64,000 nt of DNA from an uncultured Acidimicrobiales bacterium. GTDB taxonomy: Bacteria > Actinomycetota > Acidimicrobiia > Acidimicrobiales > DATKAS01. The stretch spans positions 6,717-70,716 of the forward strand of contig CAVXAI010000019.1 in assembly GCA_963759645.1 (NCBI GenBank). The letters are read 5' to 3'. Under the pieces are notes generated by a model. It had not been told where the DNA came from, did no database searches, and worked only from the letters and a program-made list of their open reading frames with translations. How positions within the stretch are numbered: the first letter of the stretch is position 1; every line of letters starts with the position of its first letter. The position numbers were made by a program, and so were the translations under genes. Of the stretch, positions 1-9,559 are shown piece after piece.

Positions 1-59
1 ACGATCTCACGGTCGAGAGCCCACGTCGTCGGATCGGTGATGGTCGGGGTATTGCTCAT
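1..59 (-). CDS. SRPBCC/AHSA1-like protein, N-terminal fragment (runs off window)
   Basis: ATG at 59 overlaps the ArsR stop (ATGA); translates MSNTPTITDPTTWALDREIV; DREIV start and position after ArsR are typical of SRPBCC genes. Confidence 0.6.
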   Translation of the reverse strand, partial: MSNTPTITDPTTWALDREI

Positions 60-421
60 GGCTTCTCCAGTGTTCGTGGGGATGCGATTCGGTCAGATGT
101 GCGCTGGAGGTGCGCATCGAGGCGGTCGAGACGCTGCTCCCATGCAGCTCGGGTGTGCTCGGCCCATGCGGCGATCTCGACCAGGGGCTCCGGCCGCAGC
201 TGGCATGGCCGCCGCTGTCCATCTCGGCCGCGACTGATCAGACCCGCCTGCTCGAGGACCTTCAGATGACGGGAGATGGCCGGGAGACTGATCGGGAACG
301 GCTCGGCCAACTCGAGCACGGTTGCCTCACCGTCGGCCAACCGACGCACGATCGAGCGCCGCGTCGGGTCCGACAAGGCGGCGAAGACGAGGTCGAACCG
401 ATCGGGGGCCGTCACGGTCAT
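56..421 (-). CDS. ArsR/SmtB family transcriptional regulator
   Basis: FAALSDPTRRSIV...ISRHLKVLEQAGLISRGRDGQRRPC winged HTH. Confidence 0.92.
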   Translation of the reverse strand: MTVTAPDRFDLVFAALSDPTRRSIVRRLADGEATVLELAEPFPISLPAISRHLKVLEQAGLISRGRDGQRRPCQLRPEPLVEIAAWAEHTRAAWEQRLDRLDAHLQRTSDRIASPRTLEKP

Positions 422-719
422 CGTTGCCGCCGCTCCTGCTGATACTTCACAGGTTGGTTATTTAACAGAGTGACTACATAGAGTCAAGGACGCCGGAGTG
501 TCGACGCGGCATATCGCTCTCCAGTGATCGAGGGTGGAGCCCTCGTCGTGCGAGTCGTTCCGCACTGACGAGATCGCCACGAGGGAGGGCACGAGCTGGG
601 CGTGTCATCTGACACCCGCCGACCTCCCCGAGCTCGATGACTCATGAGTCGCCGGCAACACCTGCCGCGTGTCGGCTCGCCGGCAGATCCGCGCTCCAAG
701 TTGGCGCACGGTTTGGTAC

Positions 720-1515
720 ATGGCACGCACGACCGTTCTTCGCTCGATTGGATTGCTCCTGTCGCTCGCCTTGGCGACCACAGTCGGACTGGTCAGCACG
801 GCGACACCGGTCGGTGCCGATGCGGATCCGCCCGTCGTCATCCTCTACGGCGACTCGCTGGCGTGGGAGTCGCAGGATCGCTTCGCGGCGGCGGTCACAC
901 TGGGTACCAATGCGGCTGCGATCGGCCGCAGCTTCGGCGGGACCGCCCTGTGTGACTACCTCGACATCATGAGAGACGACGCCCTCAAGCTTCGCCCGGC
1001 CGCCGTGGTCCTGGAGTTCAGCGGCAACCGATTCACCGCGTGCATGCACCATCCTGACGGCGAGGGCATGGGCGACGGCGACGCCTTCCTCAAGTACCTC
1101 GATGACGCCCGGGCAGCGGTGCGGATCTTCGCGACCGTCGGCACGCACGTGTACCTGGCCGGGGCGCCGGTGAGCAGACCGGTCCCCGGGTCGTTCCAGC
1201 GCGGGTCGCGGGCTGAACGTCATGTACTCGTGGCTCGCGCTCCTGAGCCCCCCCGAGACGGTGACCTACATCGACGCCGGCACCGCGGTGCAACTCGGGA
1301 GCGACTACGTGGACGAGCTGCCGTGCCTTCCCGAGGAACCGTGCACCGATCCGGACCGAACCACTGTCGTGCGGTCGAGCGACGGAGTCCATCTCTGCCC
1401 GGGCGACGACTCGCATCGCGACCCTGCCACCGCCCGATGCCTCGTGTGGTCCGGTGGCGCCTACCGGTACGGCCGAGCGATGGCAGCGCCAGTCATCGCG
1501 CGCCTCTCGGGCTGA
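720..1515 (+). CDS. Secreted SGNH/GDSL hydrolase-like protein (frameshift near 1210)
   Basis: Signal peptide, LYGDSLA block I and FSGN block III in ORF 669..1685; DGVH block V in ORF 1222..1515. Confidence 0.7.
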
Positions 1516-1745
1516 CGCCTGCGACGCAGGTTGGTCACTCGTCCGTCAGCGGCGTCGGGGTTTGCGGGTTCGAGGACGTGGCGCGCGACATCGCGGATTC
1601 GGCCCTTGTGACCACGGACGGCGAGCGTTACCCTCACGCACAGTGGTCGAAGTTGTCCTTGGCGGGATCGGCATTCGAGCGCTGAACCTTGAGCACAAAA
1701 TCAAAACAGATTCCCCGGCTGTTCGGGCGGACGAATGGAGAAAGC

Positions 1746-2597
1746 ATGGGAACCATCGAGAGAAGGCTCGCCGGCGTTGCGGCGGGCTTGATTGTCGCGG
1801 CGGGATGGCTCGTCATGTCGGGGGAGGCGTCGGCGGCGTCGAAGCCCCCGGCGTGTGTCGACCCGAATGCCGTCACCAACGTCACCTTCACTGACCAGGA
1901 CGGCGAGTCCGCGGTGGGCCAGCCGCCTTTCACGCACCTTCCAGCCGGGTTCGTCGACCCCGGTGACACGATCACCGTGGAGTTCGACGTCATCGCGACG
2001 CAGAAGTGCCCGTCAGGAGTGGAGCTGACGTTGGTCGCCTACGGCACGCAGACGCCGTACTACGTGCCCGGTGCCGCGCAGAATCTCTTCGACGCGGACA
2101 CCAAGACGTTCGCGCTGGGCACCGGCTACACCCTCGTGGTCGATGTTCCCGAGAGCGACGCTGGCGGATCGGGCGACACGGGTGGGGACCAGAAGAACCC
2201 GAACGCCGTGTGCGATGGCTCGACCAACAGCGACACCGGCAACGGCGCCAACCAAGGCGGTCCGTACGACAACACGTGCCCGGACGGCGAATCTCAGAAC
2301 GGCGCCAGCACGGACAACAACTCGAGCAAGCCCTGCGCCGGGTGCGTCGGCAACGCCGACGACAAGAATCCCGGAGCCGTGCAGCAGACCAACGGTCAGT
2401 ACCCGAACGGCACCGACCACAACGCCGGCTACGAATGCGACCGAAACCAGGGCGTAGGGCAATCCAACCCCGCGCACACCGGCTGCAGCGGGGACCCCCA
2501 CTACCAGCTCGACTTCGTGTCCGGCCAGCCGATCACCGACTTCACCACCACCAGCTACTCGGGCGAAGGCCGGCTCATCAACTGGGCCAACGGCTGA
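1746..2597 (+). CDS. Secreted hypothetical protein with Cys/Asn/Gly/Asp-rich insert
   Basis: GGAG RBS before ATG 1746; signal peptide ending ASA-A; 8 Cys; GC3-rich coding-like codons. Confidence 0.8.
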   Translation: MGTIERRLAGVAAGLIVAAGWLVMSGEASAASKPPACVDPNAVTNVTFTDQDGESAVGQPPFTHLPAGFVDPGDTITVEFDVIATQKCPSGVELTLVAYGTQTPYYVPGAAQNLFDADTKTFALGTGYTLVVDVPESDAGGSGDTGGDQKNPNAVCDGSTNSDTGNGANQGGPYDNTCPDGESQNGASTDNNSSKPCAGCVGNADDKNPGAVQQTNGQYPNGTDHNAGYECDRNQGVGQSNPAHTGCSGDPHYQLDFVSGQPITDFTTTSYSGEGRLINWANG

Positions 2598-2694
2598 TCC
2601 TCCCGGCAGGCACACCTGTACGTCTCCCCGTCCAGCAACGGGGACGGGGAGACGTGCGTTTCATGGTTGCAGCAAGCGCTTAGACCGGCCTTCG

Positions 2695-3063
2695 TCACGC
2701 CTCGGTCTCCCTCCGCGTTGAACGCCGCTCGGCGCGGGTGCGACGGGCCCGTTCCTCGTGCTCGGCGGCTTGCTTGAGCCGGGCCAGACGGTCGGCCCAC
2801 ATCTCCTCGACGAACGTGGCGGCGTCGCGCAGGCCCTCGCGCCGCCAGCGGTAGAGCCGCCGGTTGCCGTCGGGTCGCACGGCCACGAGGCCCGCGTCGG
2901 CGAGCACGCGGAGGTGCTGGGACACGGCGGGTCGGCTGATCGAGGGGAAGTGCGTTGCGATCTCGCCTGCGGGGACCTCGCGGTCGCGCACGAGGCGAAG
3001 GATGGCGCGGCGGGTCGGGTCGGCGACGGCACGCAGCGACTCGTCGATCAGCTCTTCCGGCAT
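2695..3063 (-). CDS. ArsR/SmtB family transcriptional regulator
   Basis: LRAVADPTRRAILRLV...SRPAVSQHLRVLADAGLV...GNRRLY. Confidence 0.92.
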   Translation of the reverse strand: MPEELIDESLRAVADPTRRAILRLVRDREVPAGEIATHFPSISRPAVSQHLRVLADAGLVAVRPDGNRRLYRWRREGLRDAATFVEEMWADRLARLKQAAEHEERARRTRAERRSTRRETEA

Positions 3064-3094
3064 CGCGCTTGCGCTCCTCTCGAACCTCCGCGAG

Positions 3095-3116
3095 TGTGTA
3101 AGCATTATCTTACACA
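3095..3116. promoter_or_regulatory. Palindromic operator between divergent ArsR and TIGR03086 genes
   Basis: TGTGTAAG-cattat-CTTACACA, perfect 8-bp inverted repeat in an AT-rich 67-nt intergenic gap. Confidence 0.7.
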
Positions 3117-3130
3117 GATCGGAGCAGATC

Positions 3131-3673
3131 ATGGATGTGATCGCATCGCTCGAGCAGACGTTCGCCCACACCAGCGTCGTCGTCGCCGGCGTTCGGGTCG
3201 AGCAGCAGGGTGACAAGACGCCGTGCGCCGAGTGGACCGTCCGAGAGCTTCTCGAGCACATGATTGCTGTCGTCGCCGGGTTCGGGAGCGCTGCTGGCGG
3301 TCAGGCAGCAAAACCGTTCGTGCTCGGCGACGACCCCGCGACCCAGTTCGACGAGGCCGCCAGCATGGCGCTTGCCGCGTGGCGAACCCCGGGCGTCCTT
3401 GATCGGGTGGTCGACGGCGGCCCAGGTCCGATGCCGGGCTCCGTGCTGGCCGGAATCAACCTGCTCGACACCGCCACGCACGCGTGGGACCTGGCGACCG
3501 CCACGGGCCAGCCGGCCGAGCTTCCCGAGTCCGTCGCGGTCGCGGCGCTCGAAGCCAGTCGTTCGATCGTGTCGCCGGAGATCCGGGCCGGTCGCTTCGG
3601 CCCCGAGCAAGCGGCGCCCCCCGACGCGTCGCCCACGGCCCGTCTCGTCGCGTTCCTCGGGCGCACCCCGTGA
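3131..3673 (+). CDS. TIGR03086 family metal-binding protein (DinB/MDMPI superfamily)
   Basis: TPCAEWTVRELLEH, HAWDLATATGQ, LVAFLGR motifs; GGAG RBS. Confidence 0.88.
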   Translation: MDVIASLEQTFAHTSVVVAGVRVEQQGDKTPCAEWTVRELLEHMIAVVAGFGSAAGGQAAKPFVLGDDPATQFDEAASMALAAWRTPGVLDRVVDGGPGPMPGSVLAGINLLDTATHAWDLATATGQPAELPESVAVAALEASRSIVSPEIRAGRFGPEQAAPPDASPTARLVAFLGRTP

Positions 3674-3760
3674 CCACGCACCGCGCCCCGCCCCCGGACC
3701 TCGGTCGTCGTCGGATGCGCGTCGGGCAGACCCACCTGTCCCACGGCACGACTGCCGGCG

Positions 3761-4426
3761 CTACTTGGGCGGGAGGGAGCCGGCGCGGGTGACGCCGCGC
3801 TTGACCCACGGGGCGAGCTGGCGTTTCGTGCGCACGCCGTCTGGGTCGACGCGCAGCCAGCCGAGCATCTCGCGGCCGCGCATCACCATCGGTCGGGTGT
3901 GCGGCTTCTGGAGCAGGGCGTCGGTGTCGCTGCGGTCGACGCTCAGCAGCACGCCGCCCTCGCGACTGGCGGCGACGGCCATGTGACCGCCAACGAGGAA
4001 GGCGAGCCCGCCGAACATCTTCTGCTCCCGCACGCCGTTGACGGCCAGGTCCGACAGCAACTCGCGAATCCGGTTGGCGAGGTCTTCGTCGTATCCCACG
4101 GCCTTGAGCTCTGCAGGTGAGGCGAAGTCGCGGGCCTCGGCAAGGAGCTGCTTCCACACGCGTGGGTCGGGATGGGGGATCGTCGCCCACTCGCGGAACA
4201 CGCGGCCGTTCGGCGCGAACGGCTCGCCGGTGCCGTCGGCGATGAGTTCGGCGACGCGCTCGCGCGGCAGCTTCACGACCAGCGCCTCGCTCCCCGTGTC
4301 GAACGAGGCGAAGAAGCGGCCGGCCCGGCGCACGCACGGGTAGCCCATCATCGTCGAGCGGCCGACGGCGGGGTCGTACAGCAGGTCGTCGGTCAGCGCG
4401 TCGTAGAGCGTGCGGGCATCGCTCAC
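3761..4426 (-). CDS. Tandem TfoX N-terminal-like domain protein
   Basis: STMMGYPCVRRAGRFFA domain followed by YDEDLANRIRE...KMFGGLAFLVGGHM...MRGREMLGWLRV TfoX_N domain. Confidence 0.75.
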   Translation of the reverse strand: MSDARTLYDALTDDLLYDPAVGRSTMMGYPCVRRAGRFFASFDTGSEALVVKLPRERVAELIADGTGEPFAPNGRVFREWATIPHPDPRVWKQLLAEARDFASPAELKAVGYDEDLANRIRELLSDLAVNGVREQKMFGGLAFLVGGHMAVAASREGGVLLSVDRSDTDALLQKPHTRPMVMRGREMLGWLRVDPDGVRTKRQLAPWVKRGVTRAGSLPPK

Positions 4427-4436
4427 GCGGACAGTC

Positions 4437-4823
4437 TCACGCGGGCGGCGTGAAGATTCCGAACAGGCTTCCGACGGGATCGCTCAGGTAGGCGAACGCC
4501 GGCCCGGCGGGCGGGTCGAGCTCCTTGCTCACGACCTTGCCGCCGAGGCGCTCCGCCGCCTCGCAGGTCGCCGCTACATCGGTGACGGCGATGTAGAACA
4601 CGGCATGCCCGGGCATCGCGCCGCCTGTCGCGACGACGCCGCCGAACGGGGTGTCGTTGCCCGGCAGTGCGGCGACCCGGTAATCCATGCCGGTGGTCTC
4701 GGGGTCGGCGAAGGGGCTGAAGACCCAGCCGAAGAGGTCGGCGTAGAACGAGGTAGCGGTATCGGGGTCGTCGGTCGCGACCTCGAACCAGGCGAGTGTG
4801 TTGGGGGTGAAGGCGTTGGTCAT
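4437..4823 (-). CDS. VOC/glyoxalase family protein
   Basis: LAWFEVATDDP...FYADLFGW...FAYLSDPVGSLFGI. Confidence 0.9.
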   Translation of the reverse strand: MTNAFTPNTLAWFEVATDDPDTATSFYADLFGWVFSPFADPETTGMDYRVAALPGNDTPFGGVVATGGAMPGHAVFYIAVTDVAATCEAAERLGGKVVSKELDPPAGPAFAYLSDPVGSLFGIFTPPA

Positions 4824-4883
4824 GTCATCGAGCCTCCACGTGGTCGGCGACAACCCTGTGTCGGGGTTTCGGCCGGACTTTCG

Positions 4884-5579
4884 TCACTCCCACGCCGGCG
4901 TGCGCGTCTCGTAGTCCTCGACACCGACCTCGCGGACGGGTTGCTGGAACGCGCCCGGCAGCGGCTGCACCGAGTGGATGCGGTCCATGCGGAAGACCCG
5001 CTCGTCCTGGCGCAACCGGCACCAGCCGGTGACGTACGAGCCGTTCGGGCCGAGCACCACGTGGTGTGGCTCGACCTCGCGCACCGTCGAGCGGCCGCCG
5101 ACGTCGAGGTAGTCGATGAGGATCGGCGTGGCGTCCTCCACCGCTTGCACAACGGCGTCGGCGATCGCCTGGTCCGGCGCGCTGAGCGGCTGCACGAGCA
5201 GCCGAACGCCGTCGGCCAGGGTGCGGGCGCGGGAAGCCGCACCCGCGGGCATCGCGGCGAGGACCTTGAGCAGAGCCGTGCGAGCGTCGCGGGCCCACGG
5301 CGTGTCGTCGAGCCGCCGCAGACCGACCGCCATCGCCACCGCCTCGGCGGGGGAGAAGTTGAGCGGCGGCAGCGTCATCGAGCGATCGAGCACGTAGCCG
5401 CCGCGTCGGCCGACCTCCGCCGAGATCGGCACGCCCGCCTCCTGAAGCGCAAGGATGTCGCGCTCGATCGTCCGCACGCTCACCTCGAAACGCTCTGCCA
5501 AGCGGCGTGCGCTGCGGCCCATCGCGCCGGCTGCCCGCAACTCCTCGACGAGCGCGTAAAGCCGGTCGAGCCGGTTCAT
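4884..5579 (-). CDS. YafY-like HTH_11 + WYL domain transcriptional regulator
   Basis: LAERFEVSVRTIERDI HTH; REVEPH...YVTGWCRLRQDERVFRMDRI WYL domain. Confidence 0.92.
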   Translation of the reverse strand: MNRLDRLYALVEELRAAGAMGRSARRLAERFEVSVRTIERDILALQEAGVPISAEVGRRGGYVLDRSMTLPPLNFSPAEAVAMAVGLRRLDDTPWARDARTALLKVLAAMPAGAASRARTLADGVRLLVQPLSAPDQAIADAVVQAVEDATPILIDYLDVGGRSTVREVEPHHVVLGPNGSYVTGWCRLRQDERVFRMDRIHSVQPLPGAFQQPVREVGVEDYETRTPAWE

Positions 5580-5643
5580 TCCCTCAGACTACGCGGGCAC
5601 CACGGCGCACTCCGACGCTCCCGATGTGCGTCATTGCTCGGTG

Positions 5644-6120
5644 TCACGCGGTCCCGCTGCGCGGTTCGAGGACGATCACCGGCGTCTCGGTCGACCGCCG
5701 GACCGCATACGCGTCGAGCCTCGGATCGACCGCGACCCAGCGCTGCCACAGCCGATCACGCTCCTCTCCCGCCGAAGGGCGTGCGCGCACGAGGCGAGGC
5801 TGCTGGTGCGGCAATCGGATGACGGCGTCCGGGTGAGCCTCGAGGTTGAGCCACCACGCGGGATGGCCCTCGTCCCAGCCGTTCATCGCGATCGCGACGA
5901 GGTTCGGACCGTCTTCGAGGTAGCCGATGATGACGCTGCGCTCTTGCCCGGACTTCCGCCCGATGGTGGCGAGGCGCAGCGTGCCCCAGCCGCGCTTGTT
6001 CGACGTGGTCCACAGGAATCGACCGCCACTGAGCCGGTACAGCGCGCGGTGAACGCGCCAAGCCGCGTGCACGAACCACGGCGGCGGGTGCTTCGGCGGC
6101 CGCGTTGCCGCACCGCTCAT
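5644..6120 (-). CDS. Deazaflavin (F420)-dependent nitroreductase family protein (DDN-like)
   Basis: LATIGRKSGQER, HPAWWLNLEAHP, YAVRRSTETPVIVLEP. Confidence 0.88.
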   Translation of the reverse strand: MSGAATRPPKHPPPWFVHAAWRVHRALYRLSGGRFLWTTSNKRGWGTLRLATIGRKSGQERSVIIGYLEDGPNLVAIAMNGWDEGHPAWWLNLEAHPDAVIRLPHQQPRLVRARPSAGEERDRLWQRWVAVDPRLDAYAVRRSTETPVIVLEPRSGTA

Positions 6121-6188
6121 TGGCGAGACCTCCCGAAACGGGCGAGTCGCCACAGTACGTCGCTGGCTCATCTTCGTACGATGGGGTC

Positions 6189-7847
6189 ATGAGGCAGCTC
6201 CCGAGATCTGGTGGACATGTCCTCGTCGAAGCAGTGCGCGACGCGGGGGCGACTTCGGTGTTCGCGCTCCACGGGGCGCAGATCGACCCGGTCTTCCAAG
6301 CGTGCGCCGACCTCGGCGTGGCGCTCGTCGACGTGCGTCACGAGGCGAGCGCCGGGTTCGCGGCCGAGGCGTTCTCGCGGCTGACGGGCGCGCTCGGTGT
6401 GGCCGTCGTGTGCCCTGGTCCGGGACTCACAAACACGCTCACGTCGATGACCAGCGCGCTGCTCGACCGCACCGCGGTCGTCTACATCGTCGGATCGACG
6501 TCGGAGTCGACGCTCGAGACGAACGGCTTGCAGGTGGGCATCGATCACGTCGCGCTCGCCAGGCCGATCACCAAGTGGGCATGCAAGGTCCACTCCGTCG
6601 ACCAGATTGGTCGCATCGCGGCCCAAGCGATCCGGATCGCGACCACGGCGCCGCGCGGCCCGGTGCTGATCGACGTCCCCGCCGACGTACTCGAGGCGTT
6701 GGCGCCCAGCTCGACAGCGTCGATCTCGCCCCTGGGAGCCGCTCCGGCCGCGCCGGCCGTCGACGCGATGCTCGAGCGGATGGCCGGCGCATCGCGTCCG
6801 GTGATGCTGCTCGGTGGCGCGCCGAGCGACGCGGCGCGGGTCGCGTTCAACGATCTCCTCGATGTCACGGGCGTGCCCTGCTTCGTGGAGTACGGAGCGA
6901 TCGGGGTCGTGGGTGACGACGACGATCGCTACGGCGGCACGCTGTTCCAGCTCGGGAGACTGAGCGAGGGAGCCCGGCCTGACGTCGTGCTCACCCTCGG
7001 CGTGCGCATCGGGTTCGACACGCCCGGCTTGCGTGACGGTGGCATCTCGTGGGGAACGTCGGTGCTGCAGGTCGACAGCGACCCTGCTGAGCTCGGCCGT
7101 TTCTCGCCTGCTGAGCTGGCACTGGTCGCCGATCCCGAGCAGGCGATCGAGGCGTTGGCGGCCCGCAGTCGCGATCACGCGTGGAAGGTCGATCCCGAGT
7201 GGAGAGCTTCGCTGCGGGCGGCGCTCACCGCGACCCGCTCCGAACTCGATGCCATCGATTCCGTGGCCGGAGATCGCCTCCACCCTTACGCGGCAGCCCG
7301 GGTCGCCTCAGACGTCGCGGCCCGGCACGGTGCGGTGATCTTCGGCGACGGCGCGGTGTGCAAGCACTGGCTGCACGACGCACTGCGGCTGCCGGCGGGA
7401 AGCCGCTACCTCACCCACAGCCGGCTGGGTTGCATGGGGATGGGCTCAGGGGCGGCGATCGGTGCCGCGACGGCGATGGCGGGTCGGCCAGTGGTGTGCA
7501 TCACCGGCGACGGTGCCGTCGGATTCGCCATCGGTGAGTTCGAGGCGATGGTGCGCCACGGCCTTCCGATCTGCATCGTCGTGATGAACAACGCGAGCTG
7601 GGGCGCGTCGCTCTTCATGCAGATGCGGACCCACGGACCGGAGCGGGTCATCGGCACCAAGCTCTCCGACGCCGACTATCACGAGGTGATGAAGGCATTC
7701 GGCGGACGCGGCGTGCGGGTCGCCACCGTCGAGGCGCTCGAGCGCGAGCTCGACGACGCACTGCGGTCGGGCACGCCGACCTGCATCAACGTGAGCACAA
7801 ACGATGTCGGTCTCCCGCCTGAGGTCCTCCAGCTCACCGGGCCCTAG
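6189..7847 (+). CDS. ThDP-dependent enzyme, benzaldehyde lyase-like
   Basis: VRHEASAG catalytic Glu; GDG...NN ThDP motif; LHGAQIDPVFQAC and ETNGLQVGIDHVALARPITKWA resemble benzaldehyde lyase as recalled. Confidence 0.85.
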   Translation: MRQLPRSGGHVLVEAVRDAGATSVFALHGAQIDPVFQACADLGVALVDVRHEASAGFAAEAFSRLTGALGVAVVCPGPGLTNTLTSMTSALLDRTAVVYIVGSTSESTLETNGLQVGIDHVALARPITKWACKVHSVDQIGRIAAQAIRIATTAPRGPVLIDVPADVLEALAPSSTASISPLGAAPAAPAVDAMLERMAGASRPVMLLGGAPSDAARVAFNDLLDVTGVPCFVEYGAIGVVGDDDDRYGGTLFQLGRLSEGARPDVVLTLGVRIGFDTPGLRDGGISWGTSVLQVDSDPAELGRFSPAELALVADPEQAIEALAARSRDHAWKVDPEWRASLRAALTATRSELDAIDSVAGDRLHPYAAARVASDVAARHGAVIFGDGAVCKHWLHDALRLPAGSRYLTHSRLGCMGMGSGAAIGAATAMAGRPVVCITGDGAVGFAIGEFEAMVRHGLPICIVVMNNASWGASLFMQMRTHGPERVIGTKLSDADYHEVMKAFGGRGVRVATVEALERELDDALRSGTPTCINVSTNDVGLPPEVLQLTGP

Positions 7848-7865
7848 CCCGGCCGTGACCCAATG

Positions 7866-8486
7866 TCAGGCGAAGCCTTTGGTGGCGCGGAGGCCGGCGA
7901 GGAAGTCGGTCGGAACGAAGCCGGGCACGTGCACCGCGGCGACCGATTCCAGCCACGACATGCGAACCGAGTCTGGATGAGCGCGCACCTCGTCCGCGAG
8001 CACCGCCTCGAACTCGGTGGGAAAGTCGTGCCGCGGCCAGCGGTCGAGCACCGCGCGGACTAGCGCGGGTTCGAGCGCTTCGCCGCCCGAGCCGCGCACG
8101 TCAAGCGCGATGCCGCGGTTGGAGTAGTGGGTCTCGGCGCTCTTGTGGCGGGCGAGTGGGGTGGAGGCGTGCATCGCAATGCAGTCCCAGACGTTCGCGA
8201 CCCGGTCGGCCTCCATCCCGTGCTCGAGCAGGAGCGCCCGCACCCTGTTGGCGCCGCGCACCTCGAACCGCTCGTCGCCGTCGGCGGCTGGCGAGAGGCC
8301 GACGTCGTGCAGCACCGTGCCGAGGTAGAGCACCTCGTCGTCGAGCTCGATGCCGTCGGTGGCGGCGAACGCTGCCGCAAATTGGTAGCTGCGCTCGCTG
8401 TGGGCCGCGACGACTGGCGCGCATTGGTCGAGCAGCCGCTGCACCTCGACCGTGAGAGCGCGTACCCGGTGGGTCGATGAGATCAC
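7866..8486 (-). CDS. HD domain protein (cyanamide hydratase-like)
   Basis: HSERSY...VLHDVGL...RFEVRGA...VWDCIAMH. Confidence 0.85.
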   Translation of the reverse strand: MISSTHRVRALTVEVQRLLDQCAPVVAAHSERSYQFAAAFAATDGIELDDEVLYLGTVLHDVGLSPAADGDERFEVRGANRVRALLLEHGMEADRVANVWDCIAMHASTPLARHKSAETHYSNRGIALDVRGSGGEALEPALVRAVLDRWPRHDFPTEFEAVLADEVRAHPDSVRMSWLESVAAVHVPGFVPTDFLAGLRATKGFA

Positions 8487-8677
8487 CGCTCACACTGTGA
8501 CCGGCCTTGCTGCGATCGCTCGATCAGCCCGGAGGTGCCGGCTCGCTTCACCGCGCGGAGGGTACCGCGAGTCGCATTTGCCAACGGCTCGCTGGCTTCA
8601 CCGGGTGATTGTGCTGACCACGGCACGCCCGCCGAGCGGCCGCGAGCCCACGCGCTCGTCGGAGGTACCGTTGGGCC

Positions 8678-9212
8678 GTGCCCGACTTCCTGACCGACAT
8701 CCAGACGCTCCGCGAACGAGCTCGGGAGAAGATCGAAGAGGGCCCGATCACGTCGTCGTACGGCGCTGACCGAGACCGGGTGGTCGAGGTGCTCAACGAG
8801 GCGCTCGCGACCGAGATCGTGTGCGTGCTCCGCTACAAGCGCCACTACTACATGGCCGATGGACTGAACGCCGGTCCGGTCGCCGCGGAGTTCCTGCAGC
8901 ACGCCAACGAGGAGATGGGGCACGCGGACCAGATCGCGTTGCGGATCACGCAGCTCCAGGGCGAGCCGAACTTCAACCCGAACGGCATCACGGACCGCAG
9001 CCACGCCGAGTACGTCGAGGGCACCACGCTCGTGGACATGATCCGAGAGGACCTCGTGGCCGAGCGGATCGCGATCGAGAGCTACAGCGAGATCATCCGC
9101 TGGCTCGGTGACAAGGACACCGACGACGCGTCGGATGATGGAGGGCATCCTGGCGGTCGAGGAGGAGCACGCCGATGACCTGCTCAGCCTTCTCGCTGAT
9201 CTGGATACCTAG
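8678..9212 (+). CDS. Bacterioferritin/ferritin-like diiron protein (frameshift near 9119)
   Basis: ALATEIVCVLRY, EEMGH, EDLVAERIAI; removing one base restores DPTTRRMMEGILAVEEEHADDL to TAG at 9210-9212. Confidence 0.88.
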
Positions 9213-9232
9213 CGTCAGTTTGCGTCGTCATC

Positions 9233-9559
9233 CGGATCGAAGAGCTCGGCCTCGAGGTTTTTGCGGTCATCGACCACCGTGGCGACGCGGCCGAGGTCGG
9301 CGTGACCATTCCCGAGATGAAGCTCGTTCTCTTCGGGAGCCCGAAGGACCTCGCTGAGCTCGTGCACGCCCATCCTCGTCTGACGATCGAGCTTCCCCTC
9401 AAGCTGCTGATCTGCGAGGGCGACGATGGCCAGAGCCTCCTCAGCTACCACGCGCCGGACTCCCTCGCCCGCGGATACGAGCTGACCGAGGACGAAAGCG
9501 ACACGTTGCGGGTCGTCGACGGGATTGCACGACACACATGGAGCAACCGATTGGTTTGA
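9233..9559 (+). pseudogene. DUF302 family protein, 5'-truncated
   Basis: GLEVFAVIDH...KLVLFGSPK...ELPLKLLI; no in-frame start codon upstream of the conserved region. Confidence 0.6.

Noticed and set aside
440..480. ArsR operator upstream of 421
   Set aside because: AT-rich and suitably placed, but the palindrome is too degenerate to call
1516..1690. Possible gene fragment (FEDVARDIADSALVTTDGERYPHAQWSKL)
   Set aside because: No start, RBS or recognisable family; it is the out-of-frame tail of ORF 669..1685
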